DNA of 64,000 nt from assembly GCA_963780185.1 (NCBI GenBank), contig CAWABA010000006.1:544001-608000 (forward strand). The letters are read 5' to 3'. Position numbers and translations under genes: made by a program. Shown here piece after piece: positions 31,457-42,095 of the stretch (its first letter is position 1; every line of letters begins with the position of its first letter). The stretch comes from Candidatus Bathyarchaeota archaeon (GTDB taxonomy: Archaea; Thermoproteota; Bathyarchaeia; Bathyarchaeales; Bathycorpusculaceae). Under the pieces are notes generated by a model that was not told the DNA's origin, did not search any database, and worked only from the letters and a program-made list of their open reading frames with translations.

Positions 31457-31837
31457 ATGCGCTGTTCAAACTGCGGCGTCTGCTGCACAGAAACTGAGAT
31501 GCTTCTCTGCAAAAAAGACATCGAACGCCTAGTAAATCGCGGATTCAAACAGGAATTCTTCGCCAAAGTCAACAGGGAAGGCTACGTCCAACTAAGGAAC
31601 AGCAAAAACTACTGCGTATTCTACGACCCCAAAAACCGCCAATGCAGCGTTTACGTTGACAGGCCGGCAGGTTGCCGAGTTTACCCGGTTATTTTAGATG
31701 AGGAAAAAGGAATAATCCTTGACGACATCTGCCAATCCAGAGACACCATAACAGAGGTTGAAAAGTCAGTCAAGGGCAAACGAGTAATTAGGCTGCTCGA
31801 GAAAATCGATGATGAGGCAGACAAGAGGCACTTCTAA
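31457..31837 (+). CDS. YkgJ/FliB-like cysteine-cluster protein
   Basis: CSNCGVCC...CVFY...CSVY..RPAGCRVYP. Confidence 0.9.
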   Translation: MRCSNCGVCCTETEMLLCKKDIERLVNRGFKQEFFAKVNREGYVQLRNSKNYCVFYDPKNRQCSVYVDRPAGCRVYPVILDEEKGIILDDICQSRDTITEVEKSVKGKRVIRLLEKIDDEADKRHF

Positions 31838-31854
31838 AAAATCGGTTCCACAAT

Positions 31855-32013
31855 CTAACGTGCTTTGCATTGGAAGCAGAATACTTTTTTGCCGCTCTCA
31901 GCATTAACTTCTTCAATCGGAATAAGGCTTGTTCTAACCAGTTTGTCACAGCTGTCGCAGAAAAACTGCACTTCAGCCACTCGGCTGTTACTCTGAAGAA
32001 TTTTTATGGGCAA
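31855..32013 (-). CDS. small zinc-ribbon protein
   Basis: CDSC...CFQC; TTG at 32013 just after the stop of the upstream small gene. Confidence 0.6.
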   Translation of the reverse strand: MPIKILQSNSRVAEVQFFCDSCDKLVRTSLIPIEEVNAESGKKVFCFQCKAR

Positions 32014-32017
32014 AAAA

Positions 32018-32164
32018 TCAATGTCCTTCCTTTGAAGATTTATCCTTAGCAAGCAGGTATTCGACGTATTCTCTCATTGTACGATCGGTTTCCGCTGCTC
32101 GCTTTCTGATGTCTTCATGGACTTTGTCCGTAACTGTTATGCATTTGTATCCTTTTCTCGGCAA
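32018..32164 (-). CDS. 48-aa ribbon-helix-helix-like protein (absent from ORF track)
   Basis: MPRKGYKCITVTDKVHEDIRKRAAETDRTMREYVEYLLAKDKSSKEGH; TTG start with GGAG upstream. Confidence 0.7.
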   Translation of the reverse strand: MPRKGYKCITVTDKVHEDIRKRAAETDRTMREYVEYLLAKDKSSKEGH

Positions 32165-32269
32165 ACTCCCTATCTCCTCCCGTACTTTACAGTACCATGA
32201 AATATATAATTAACGGTGAATCTTGAATATTATTAAAAGCTTATATTAATGTACGTCCGCTAACTAAGC

Positions 32270-32467
32270 TTGAGAGGGGAACATAAAACGCCGAAAAAAG
32301 GCTACAAAAGCATCACTGTAAAGACGGAGGTCTACGATTACTTTTTTAGCGAGTGGCTTAAAGTCAAAGAGGAATACGCCATAAAGAAGGGAATTCGCAG
32401 TTTTTCGGCGTACGTTACCTACCGTTTGGCGCAGCTTATGGCGGAAGACAAGAAACTGACAAAGTAA
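32270..32467 (+). CDS. ribbon-helix-helix-like protein, paralog of the divergent gene
   Basis: PKKGYKSITVKTEVYD...IRSFSAYVTYRL. Confidence 0.7.
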   Translation: MRGEHKTPKKGYKSITVKTEVYDYFFSEWLKVKEEYAIKKGIRSFSAYVTYRLAQLMAEDKKLTK

Positions 32468-32533
32468 ACAGAGCCACCGCCAGCCCCTACAAGTTTAAAT
32501 ATGCTTGCGATGACTTGTCAACCGTGAATACCC

Positions 32534-33532
32534 ATGCCTTGCACCGTAATTGTCGGCGCCTTCTGGGGAGACGAAGGCAAAGGAAAAATAATATCCTACT
32601 TAGCGCTTAAAGACAACCTTGATTTCTGCGTCAGAACCGGCTCCGTGAACGCGGCACACACGGTTTGGTTTGAAGGCAAAAAATACGCCCTACACATGGT
32701 CCCAGCGGCCTTCATTAACCCTAAAACCCGTCTGCTAATCGCGGCAGGAGCAAACGTTGATGTTAAGACTTTTTTCAGCGAGGTTGAACTGACAGGTGTG
32801 CAGGGGAGAATCGGCATTGACCAAAGCTCCTCGATAATTGAGGAAAAACACAGTGCTCAGGACAAGGCAAGCGCGGTTAACAAGGGCATCGGCACCACTG
32901 GACGCGGCGTCGGACCCGCCATAGAAGAACGAGTACGCCGCACAGCAAAACTCGCCAAAGACATCCCCGAATTGAAACCGTACCTTGCCGACGAAGTTCA
33001 GGAAGTTAACGACGGCTTAGACGCAGGCAAAAGCGTGCTTTTGGAAGGAACACAGGGATTCATGCTTTCGCTGTTTTTGGGAGGCGGCTACCCCTACGTT
33101 ACAGGAAGAGATACGGGTGCCTCAGCCATCGCATCGGAGTCGGGAGTCGGACCTACTAGAGTCGACGATGTGCTAATCGTGTACAAATCATTCATCACCC
33201 GTGTCGGCGGTGGACCGTTGCCTGGAGAAATTTCAAAAGAAGAAGCGCAGAAAAGAGGCTGGTTTGAAACCGCGGCGGGAACAGGAAGAGACCGACGTTC
33301 AGCACCCTTTGACTTTGAATTGGCAAAGAAAACGGCGAAAATAAACGGCGCCACGCAAGCATCGCTCACCAAGCTAGATACCCTTTTCCCAACATGCAGA
33401 GGAGCCAAAAAATACAGTGATCTGCCAGCAGAAGCTAAAGCGTTCATAAAAGAGGTTGAAACCAGAACCGGCGTGCCAGTTGTTCTGATCGGGACTGGCC
33501 CCGAAGCGTTAGATATCGTTGACCGAAGGTAG
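32534..33532 (+). CDS. purA: adenylosuccinate synthetase
   Basis: WGDEGKGKI, IGTTGRGVGPA, EGTQG, YPYVT motifs. Confidence 0.97.
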   Translation: MPCTVIVGAFWGDEGKGKIISYLALKDNLDFCVRTGSVNAAHTVWFEGKKYALHMVPAAFINPKTRLLIAAGANVDVKTFFSEVELTGVQGRIGIDQSSSIIEEKHSAQDKASAVNKGIGTTGRGVGPAIEERVRRTAKLAKDIPELKPYLADEVQEVNDGLDAGKSVLLEGTQGFMLSLFLGGGYPYVTGRDTGASAIASESGVGPTRVDDVLIVYKSFITRVGGGPLPGEISKEEAQKRGWFETAAGTGRDRRSAPFDFELAKKTAKINGATQASLTKLDTLFPTCRGAKKYSDLPAEAKAFIKEVETRTGVPVVLIGTGPEALDIVDRR

Positions 33533-33711
33533 CGTTTTTACGCTGCCGTTCCTGTAACATTTGAGGTCGTCAGCGGCAATCGGCGGCAGGATAAAGAAAG
33601 ATGAAGCCCAGGCCCTTACAGGCGAGGGAAAAATTAAGGGTTCCTCATATTACTTGGCAGTAAAACGGGTTAATGAAAGAATAAACTTCGCAACGTCTAT
33701 TCCGAAGCGAG

Positions 33712-34014
33712 TCAAATTCTATGCCATTGTGGTTTTAGCGGTTCGTTTTCAGCTTTGTTTGTTTGCGGTGCATTCTCCTCTTTTAAGTCAAAATGGTCTC
33801 TTTCAACCGCCAAATTGATTATCTTTTGAGAATAGCATGCAGAGCAGTAATGTTTTCCATCTATTTCATAAAGCGTACGTGATACAACGCTGATAGTTTC
33901 GTTGCATTCGGCGCAATGGATAAATTTGGTTTCCTGCCCTATTTTTTCATCTGATTTTCTTTCGTTTACGAAAATATTAGTTTGCGGTTTGAAATGTTCA
34001 CTGTCCCAACCCAT
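33712..34014 (-). CDS. small zinc-finger hypothetical protein
   Basis: CAEC...YCSAC. Confidence 0.55.
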   Translation of the reverse strand: MGWDSEHFKPQTNIFVNERKSDEKIGQETKFIHCAECNETISVVSRTLYEIDGKHYCSACYSQKIINLAVERDHFDLKEENAPQTNKAENEPLKPQWHRI

Positions 34015-34203
34015 GGTTTTCCTTTCCTCCAGACTGAGACAAGATGTTTAGCATGTCTTGCGGTAAAAAGCTTTCCACATTCCATCCGATAAGAAAAGTT
34101 CTTTTTTCTGTGGTAACTGAAAGATTGCTTTTTTCTCAGAATTTTTCTGCGGGTATTATTATGGAAAAGTCTTATTAGGTTATTGAATTTCATGTATGTC
34201 AAC

Positions 34204-35610
34204 ATGAGATTTAAGCAACTGTCGATTTTGCTTGTTATCTTGCTGGTTTCGCCTTTAGTCATAAATTGTTTCTCGGCGGCTAAGGCTCAACCCGCGCAGA
34301 CGTCGCCTGACCTTTATTTTGGCGTTGACGTCGCGTTCGCAAGCATCCCTGTAACTGAACAATTGATTGATAACATTAGTTCCTACACTAATTTCTTCAT
34401 TATTGGATGCGCCGAAAAGATAGGCAACAACTTCTACGGCGGCGGAATCTACAATGAAACAAGGCTTAGCATCGTTAGCCAGTATGCTTACGACAAAGGT
34501 TTAAGTTTCATAGTTTACAGCGACGACCTTAGTTACCCCTCGAAGCAATGGCTTGAAAATGCCACTGTGGATTTTGGCAAAAGCTTCATGGGAATCTATT
34601 ATTTTGACGAGCCGGGAGGGAAAACGCTTGACCAAGCTGCTTACCCTGTGCTGCTTTCTGCGAACAACTTTACTGACGCGGCTGACCAGTATGTTCGAAC
34701 TTTGAATACTTGGGTTCGCGGTCCGCAGTTGGGGATAACCCGCAATTTTGATTACCCAACAGAATATCCGCTGTTTACTTCAGATTACGGGTTGTACTGG
34801 TACGATTACCAAGCGGGGTACAACACGGTTTTTGCGGAGTTCGGGGTTAACAGCGGAAGCGAAAACTACAGTCGACAGTTAAGTATGGCTCTCTGCAGGG
34901 GAGCAGCCTCCGAATTTAATCAGAACTGGGGAGTTATGATAACTTGGTCATCTACCAAGTATCCTTACATGGAAAATAGCACGGATCTTTACAATGACAT
35001 GGTGCTGGCATACCAGAACGACGCAAAATACATAGTTGTTTTTGACACTAACGCGAACTGGACTCAAAACGTCTTGGATTCTAAACAGCTTGACGCGATG
35101 AAGCTGTTTTGGCAGTATGCTCAGGCTAACCCGAGGACTGTGAGACAACCAAGTGACCGTTCGGTTTATGTTCTTCCGCAAGACTTCGGCTTTGGTTTTC
35201 GTAGCCCCAACGACACAATTTTCGGGTTATGGAATGCCAATTGGAACGGTACAGCTTCTCTTACTTTTGTCGCTGACATCAGCATGTGTGTAGTCTCTTT
35301 TCTGCAGATGCTTGGCTCTAAACTGGACATAGTCTACCCGGTCACTAACGGAACCGTTGAGTCGGTTGGGTACAAGAACGTGATTTACTGGAACGATACT
35401 TCGCTTGTGCCGAACATGCCGAGCATGCCACTTTCAAGCCATGCCGTAGGCATCTACAAGCCGCCGCCCATCGCACCATTCCACCGAAAAACCACACAAA
35501 CCAACGACACAACGATGAATGAAGTCTACGTAATCGTCGCTGCCATTGCAGTTGGCGTTACCATTGGCGGAGTAACTTTAACGATTAGAAAACGCCGCTT
35601 ATCCGCTTGA
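34204..35610 (+). CDS. membrane-anchored extracellular protein, possibly glycoside-hydrolase-like
   Basis: Signal peptide, YYFDEPGG, aromatic-rich core, C-terminal TM and RKRR. Confidence 0.75.
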   Translation: MRFKQLSILLVILLVSPLVINCFSAAKAQPAQTSPDLYFGVDVAFASIPVTEQLIDNISSYTNFFIIGCAEKIGNNFYGGGIYNETRLSIVSQYAYDKGLSFIVYSDDLSYPSKQWLENATVDFGKSFMGIYYFDEPGGKTLDQAAYPVLLSANNFTDAADQYVRTLNTWVRGPQLGITRNFDYPTEYPLFTSDYGLYWYDYQAGYNTVFAEFGVNSGSENYSRQLSMALCRGAASEFNQNWGVMITWSSTKYPYMENSTDLYNDMVLAYQNDAKYIVVFDTNANWTQNVLDSKQLDAMKLFWQYAQANPRTVRQPSDRSVYVLPQDFGFGFRSPNDTIFGLWNANWNGTASLTFVADISMCVVSFLQMLGSKLDIVYPVTNGTVESVGYKNVIYWNDTSLVPNMPSMPLSSHAVGIYKPPPIAPFHRKTTQTNDTTMNEVYVIVAAIAVGVTIGGVTLTIRKRRLSA

Positions 35611-35633
35611 ACTCGCATCAGAAGTTTTTGGTG

Positions 35634-36889
35634 CTACGTAAAGTAGGATGGTTGCACTGCTGCTTGGATGGTTGAGCATGCGATGAACGTTGAGTTTTCA
35701 GCTGCATTGAGGCTTATTGATAGGTACCGTGCGTTGCTGAACCATTGGTTGTTTCCTTCGCTGAGGGCTTGATTGTCTTTTGCAATGCTTTGGAAAGCAG
35801 TTAAAAACGCGTTAGCCGCGCTACTGCTGTTCCACTCTATTTTCCAGGTGAAAAGGTAGCTGCTGTTGTCGCCGCCGTTTTGGTAATAGGTGAAGCTGTC
35901 GCCTATCCAGCCTGCTGAAATGGTTTGGGCTTGGCTCTGTGTAAGCCAGTTGCCCAGGAGGTCTTCGATGAAGTATTCGCCGTAGGTGTTGTAGTTTTGT
36001 CCGTAACTTGTCTGCATCTGAGTCCAGTTCCCGCCTGACGGCGTTGGCAGCGTAACAGGTTTGGCGGTGACGTTTTCAAAGTATTCTTCTGGGTTAAGTA
36101 TCTGCGCTGTGGTGCTTGGAACGTATCCTGAGGTGTAGGCTCGGTTGACCGTGGCGAAGCCGCCGCTCTGATGCAACGCGTTAATGAAGATGCCGCCTTG
36201 CGTGTAGGGGAAATAATCCAAGTTTGAAAGCGTGTCAGGATGAAGGTCGGAGAGCGTGATGATGTCGGCTGGGAAACCTGGGGTTGAGCTGTGACGTCGG
36301 CTTTGATTGCGCCTGTTTTGGTCAGGTTCGTGTACGTGTCAGCCATGAAGGAGGCGTCGCCTTCTATGAGGGCTGTGTGTGCTTTGTCTTCGTCAAACGT
36401 GGTTGGCGAAGGAAGATTTGATTGCCAAATGTGGGTTAATTCATGCACAAAAGTGGCTTCGGAGCTCGGCAGGTCCCATGGGTTAAAGTTTTCTTTTACA
36501 ACGTAAATCTTGCCTTCCCAAGTTGCCGCTACATAGTTTCCTGCCCAATCAACTTCGGCTTGGTAGAGGCTGCGGTTCTGCGGAATCAAAAAGAGCCCTT
36601 GATAGATGTTTTGCTGTATCGTAATTGCCTGCAGGTTCTGCTGTGCGTAGCCTTTGCCCCAAGTGTCAATCGCCCACTGCTTGGTAACCACCTCAAGATC
36701 AACTCTGGGAAGCGTCCCATTTCGGATTTGCTCCCAGGCGCCATAAGCATTGTTAAATATTTTTTGGGCTTGGGCCTTGTAAGCCGCCATGCTTGGACTC
36801 GGCTGGTTAACAACGATGAATAACGTTACCGCCACGACAGCGATGACGAGGCAGGTGGCAGCAACCACGATTTTTCTTTTGAAATTCAA
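35634..36889 (-). CDS. surface zincin-like protein (Hvo_1808-like), frameshift near 36270
   Basis: HELTH...ALIEGDA, then FPYTQG, P.TTAQILNPEEY, GW.GDS in the second frame. Confidence 0.75.
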
Positions 36890-36992
36890 ACGCTCACCCG
36901 AAGCATTACAGTTAGGCGGTTTAGGAGTCGAGCAAAAAATAAACGTTTCCCCAAATGGCTAAAAAATGCCGTTTTAGGGTGTGTTTGGAAAG

Positions 36993-38585
36993 TTAGCCAA
37001 GGCATTTGCGGATTTTTGCGGCTTCAAGCAGCGCTTTCTTTGCCTCGGCGTCTTCTTTGTGCAGGTAGCTGAGCAGGAAGTTGTTTGTGAAGTTTTCGTG
37101 TTTCCGTCCGCAGACGTTTTTAGGTCCAAGTTTTATGCCTAAGTTCCGCTTCGACCGTTTTCAGGTCTTCGAGGCTGTTCTGGAGGGCTTTTCTAACTGT
37201 TCCCTCGCTCATGTTGGCTCTTTTTGCCAGTTGGTTTCCCATTTCCAGAAGCATGCTTATGTTTTCCCAAGAAACATATTCGCCGATGAGTTTGAGGTCA
37301 GTCTCCATTTTCACGTAGTACTTTTTTAGAAGCTGGGTTTCTTTGTCGTTTAACTGGTTGAGTGCTCTTAAACCGATAAATTCAGGCGGTAACCCGACGC
37401 TGTACAGGGACGCGGAGAAAGAAATTGCCCGTGGCAAACTTACTCCCGCAACGCTTCTGCTGTAGCCGAAGAGCCCGATGTGGAGTTTTCTTGCTCTTCT
37501 CTGCAGGAACATAGGCTGAAACCGTGTTTATGAACGGAGCCATTAACTCGATTTGGCTCTCGTACTCTTGCCTGCATTTGGAAAGAACTCCCAGAAGGCT
37601 CTGTTCCTCGTCGGCGGTGACGGCTTCTGGTTCGCCGTTTGGAAGCCGCTGATTTAGGCAATCGATGCCTTCCTTTACCTGTGCAAGGGGGTAATCGTAC
37701 CTGAATGCTGATTGCACAGTTACAGTCGATACGCCTCTGTATTCTTCCAAGGAAGTTATCGATGTTTTCTGGTGAAAGATGCCCCCTGAACGGCTTTGAG
37801 CCAACTCCCATGATGGGTTCGATTGGCGTGTTTTGTTGTTTTTCTACTTGCTTGAGTTTGCTTAGGGCTATTTTGGTTAGCAAAACGGCACATAACAATC
37901 CATAGTTTAAAGCGGGGTCGGATCTTGCGAGGAAAACCCTTTGACGCGCAGGCTTAACCGAGTTCAAGTAGGGTAATATTACGTTGTCGACGTGCAGTAT
38001 GCTGTCGAAGTCTTCGACTAGGGGAATTACCTTTATTGTTTTTGGGTGGAAGGACCCTAGCCAATCCTTGGTTTTTGTGGATTCGTAAAGGGTTAATTCT
38101 TCGTCGGCGATTATGGCTTTTTTGTAGTAGTTTAGAAGCATGATGAGTTCTTGGGCGTCGGTTGTGAAAGGCAAGATGACTTCGAAAATGGGGGTAACTG
38201 GCCGCTTGTACATTAAGGAGGCGACGTCGTAGGCGACGGGGATGTTTTGGAGGGTTTCCATGAAGAATTTGCGTTCGGCACCCTCGATTTTCGGGTTAGG
38301 TATCCTGTATGTTAAGTAAACGTCTTCGCCTATGGTGTGGGCTGAAAAGTAATCCCAATGCTTCTGCAAAAGCTTACGAACGACCCGTGTGTCTGTGTCT
38401 TTGCCTTCTGAATCCCACATTACCTCTTGACAACCCAACGTGCTGTAAGAGTAGAAGGCTTCATACACCTCTGCCGTCCCGTTGATAACCTCTTCTGTGC
38501 TCCATTCTGGAATGGCAGCGTTGTCAGGGTGCTGAGTAGACATCGTTGCCGGAGCCTTATGCTGATCAATAAATTTGCTGTTCAT
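36993..38585 (-). CDS. ppcA: archaeal-type phosphoenolpyruvate carboxylase (frameshifts near 37745, 37505, 37125)
   Basis: MSTQHPDN, MWDSEGK, FLARSDPALNYG, PFRGHL, TVQSAFRYD, RRARKLHIGLFGYSR, LPRAISF; ends EAAKIRKCLG*. Confidence 0.92.
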
Positions 38586-38845
38586 TTTAAGCCCACTACA
38601 TTATGCTTAATCTTCAGCAAAGACAGAGGGTTTTATTTTAATTTTGCAGTTCAACCAGCGCATGTCGCCATACAAATCACCCATTATTTCGACTCAACCG
38701 CAAGGGCGTCCGAAGCCGCATCGGCCTCAGGCACCGAGAAGTGTTGGGTTTGAAGAAACGGGAGGCTTCGCGTTTGGTAGAAAATATGGCAAACTTTTAA
38801 TAACAATAAACAGGAAACTATTGCAACGCTTGGAGTAGGCTAAAC

Positions 38846-39817
38846 TTGAAAAAAACCATCACCGCCATAATCCTTGCAGCTTTAATCTTGGCTGCGTTTC
38901 CCATCCTGATTGTACCGAATGCGAAAGCGAGTGCCGCAGAGGCTAATGTTGTGTCTTACAGTTATTACACCGCTTCTGCGAATAGTCTTCTGGCTGCAAA
39001 GGCTGGTGACTTGGTTGTTGTCGGCGAAATTCAGAATGTCGGTTCAAACATCATTCAGAACGTAACGTTAACCGGGACAGCTTACAACTCCAACGGGACT
39101 GAACTTGGCACCGGCCAAGGGACAGCGTTCGTGTATGAAACAATCCCTAACGGGAGAGCCCCCTTCAGCATAGATATTGCGCCGCAAAGCAGCAGTACAA
39201 GTCAAATTGCGGCTTCTTCAGTTGGCTCTGTCACCGTGACGGTTCTCTCCGTGACTGACACCGTTGTGCCTCCCTACTCAGGCTTTAAGGTTCCAGCGAC
39301 TCCTACCGCCTTCAACAACAGCGGCGTCTACACCACTGTGGGCACAATAGTCAACAACGGCTCGCAGACGTTAGGGTACATTTGGGTTGTAACCACCTTC
39401 TACAACAACGCGCACACGGTTGTAGGTTTGAACTTTACAAATTACGTGAATACTCCCCTTGCACCTCTCAGTCCAGGTCACGCGACAAGATGGGTCGCTA
39501 CACCCATAGACAACACAATGGACCTAAGCAATGAAATAGCGTCATCCTCATACGTGATTGACTCAATGCCATATTCAACTTCGACGTCGACGGCTACGCC
39601 AACTCCGACTGGCTCAGGTTCATCTTCGCCGTTTCCAACGCTACCCGTAGTCGTCGTGGTAGTTGTCGTTGTCGTTGCAGTTGTGGCTTTGATGTTGCTA
39701 AGAAAACGGCAAGGAACAGAGACCCCGCTGCCTCCACCGCCACCTCCACCACCAACGCCCGAAGCCACCGAAAACCCAAGCACTTCTTCTGTTTTTTTCT
39801 TAAGAAGCCCTTCTTAA
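38846..39817 (+). CDS. FxLYD-like domain membrane-anchored surface protein
   Basis: Two VGEIQN/VGTIVN...TxY-N domains, poly-Val TM, poly-Pro cytoplasmic tail. Confidence 0.75.
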   Translation: MKKTITAIILAALILAAFPILIVPNAKASAAEANVVSYSYYTASANSLLAAKAGDLVVVGEIQNVGSNIIQNVTLTGTAYNSNGTELGTGQGTAFVYETIPNGRAPFSIDIAPQSSSTSQIAASSVGSVTVTVLSVTDTVVPPYSGFKVPATPTAFNNSGVYTTVGTIVNNGSQTLGYIWVVTTFYNNAHTVVGLNFTNYVNTPLAPLSPGHATRWVATPIDNTMDLSNEIASSSYVIDSMPYSTSTSTATPTPTGSGSSSPFPTLPVVVVVVVVVVAVVALMLLRKRQGTETPLPPPPPPPPTPEATENPSTSSVFFLRSPS

Positions 39818-39902
39818 AGTTAAACTGAAAAAGCTAAAATGCTTTTTGCGAAATAGCCCAACAACAAATTTTTCATTTAGAAATAAGCAGCTGAAGTGTG
39901 GG

Positions 39903-40701
39903 TTATGTACCAAATCTGCGTTTTCGGAGTTGGAATGTTCTGATGGCTCTAAGAAGGTCGATTAAGCGAAAGTCTGGCCAATAGACATCCAAAAAGAGCA
40001 GTTCGCTGTAGGCGGCTTGCCAAAGCAAAAACCCGCTTAACCGTGTTTCGCCTGAAGTACGTATAATCATGTCTGGATCCTGCTTATCCATATGCGAAGT
40101 GTAAAGGTACTTACCAAACGTATCCTCTGTAACGTCAGATATCTCCAACTCGCCATCCTTAACTTTCTGAGCGATGGTTTTAGCTGCATCCACAATTTCC
40201 GCTCTGCCGCCGTAAGCAAAAGCAAAATTCCAGAAATAGCAATCGTAATCCGCAGTGGCTTTTTCAATGTCCGCGATGGCTTCCTGCAGAGCTTTGGGCA
40301 GAAGGTTAACTCTTCCGATAATTTTCACGTGGACTTTGTCGCGGTGTAGGCGTTCGTCTTTGAGCAGTTTGCGGAATCTTTCCTCGGCAATCTGCATAAT
40401 TTTTTCCACTTCCTCCGATTTGCGAGAAAAATTCTCTGTGGAAAACGTGTAAAGAGTCACGTATTTAACATCAAGCATGTGGGTCCAATCTAGGAGCAAC
40501 TCAACCGTGTCGGCGCCTTGCCTGTGACCATACTTATCCTGCGCGAGCATAGGGTCAGGTTCCTGCCCGTTTGCCCACCGCCTGTTTCCATCCAAAATTA
40601 TGGCGATATGTTCAGGCTTTATTCCGCCTTTCACCTGCTGCCAAAGCCACTTCTCATAAAGCTTGTATGCACCGATGAAAGAAAGCATTTTTTTAAGCAT
40701 T
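39903..40701 (-). CDS. uppS: cis-prenyltransferase (polyprenyl diphosphate synthase)
   Basis: HIAIILDGNRRW, FSTENF, YGGRAEI, IRTSGETRLSGFLLWQ. Confidence 0.96.
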
Positions 40702-40824
40702 AAGCCTGACTCCGCAAGTTGGATGTTTGTTTGGATGATAGGTTGGATATTTGCATTATGTTTAACCCTGAATTCTTTCAAATAAGTCTTGCTCTAATCC
40801 AAGGGAATAACGTCGGGGATTTCT

Positions 40825-42060
40825 TTATTTAGTGACTTCGTCCTTTTCGGGTTTTTGGAAAAAGTCTTTGGACGACCTGTTGACGATGAAGATCAACAGT
40901 ACCGACGCTATGCCGATGAGGATTCCTACTATGACTGTGTAGATGAACACGGAGAAGATTGGGTCGTTAAGAACAGAAACTGCTCCTCCGCCTGACTTAA
41001 TCGGGTTATAGAGCACGTTTGCTGTTGCATCAAGAATCCAGCGCATCCACGCGATTGAAACGATTAAGCCGACGTTACGCAGCATCCTTGAATCCCGCTC
41101 AAAGTACAGACGCACACTTCGCCCAAAAAGAACTATGATTACGCCAATAACTATCAGGGTTTCTACTCCTTTGATAAAGAACGTAGCTATTTTGGGGGCT
41201 GCGGCGACCCAGCCTTCGAAAGAAGTCGGAAACGGCGCCCCGTTAATGTTTACGTTTTGAACCCCCAGATAAACGCTGACTGCGATGCATAGGATTCCTG
41301 CGAAAACCGTGTAGTTTGAGATTTGCATGGGCAGCGACGGCGGCGAATACTCCCTGACCCATGTAACCGCTTCTTTAGCTGACTTGTCAACGCCGAAGCC
41401 TTTGATAAGCAAGAAGCCGCCGATAACGATTACAATGGCAATCCCGAAGTAGGCAATAGCACCGGGATAAACGTAGTTGTTGATAGCCCAAAGAATGCCG
41501 AAAATTAAGACCAATAATCCAGGCAGACCAAGCGCTATACGTGCGTACCGTGGGTTTTCCACCAGCAATTTAGCATATTTGGTGAAGACCGCTGCTGTTT
41601 CCTCGATTGATTCACTATGCTTTATCACTATACGCCGAACCGAAGACACGGGCACTCTGGATTCTACCAGCGGCAGCACTGCCTCGTCAGAGTAGCCGTC
41701 TGAAACCAGAATAACCTCGCTGGCGTTGAAGGAGTCAAGCAGGTTATTTAGTTCAGCAACGAGTTTTCTGTCTGCACTGACCCCGCCGAGCTCCGAGCCC
41801 GATATGGTTGCGACTTCAAAAATTTCTTCAGGCAACTTCTCGTTCTGCAGCCTGTCATGGAGACGCACCGCCTCAAACATGGCGTTCGCATCAGGTTCCT
41901 CAGGATCCTTTAAAGCTAATGCAACGGCTCCGTCCAGATTGGCGGTTCGTCCAAGAAGCGGCGTCTTAACTCCCGCTTTAACTTCTAGGTCGCCGTCTCG
42001 ATCGACACATAAAATCAGGATACGCTTTTGCGTCTGATCTTGCGTTTCCTTCTTAGCCAT
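40825..42060 (-). CDS. DUF373 family membrane protein
   Basis: LCVDRDGD...DPEEPDAN...SDGYSDE followed by a multi-TM C-terminus. Confidence 0.88.
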   Translation of the reverse strand: MAKKETQDQTQKRILILCVDRDGDLEVKAGVKTPLLGRTANLDGAVALALKDPEEPDANAMFEAVRLHDRLQNEKLPEEIFEVATISGSELGGVSADRKLVAELNNLLDSFNASEVILVSDGYSDEAVLPLVESRVPVSSVRRIVIKHSESIEETAAVFTKYAKLLVENPRYARIALGLPGLLVLIFGILWAINNYVYPGAIAYFGIAIVIVIGGFLLIKGFGVDKSAKEAVTWVREYSPPSLPMQISNYTVFAGILCIAVSVYLGVQNVNINGAPFPTSFEGWVAAAPKIATFFIKGVETLIVIGVIIVLFGRSVRLYFERDSRMLRNVGLIVSIAWMRWILDATANVLYNPIKSGGGAVSVLNDPIFSVFIYTVIVGILIGIASVLLIFIVNRSSKDFFQKPEKDEVTK

Positions 42061-42095
42061 CTGGACTTCAATCCAATATTACTTTCGAGTTAACT

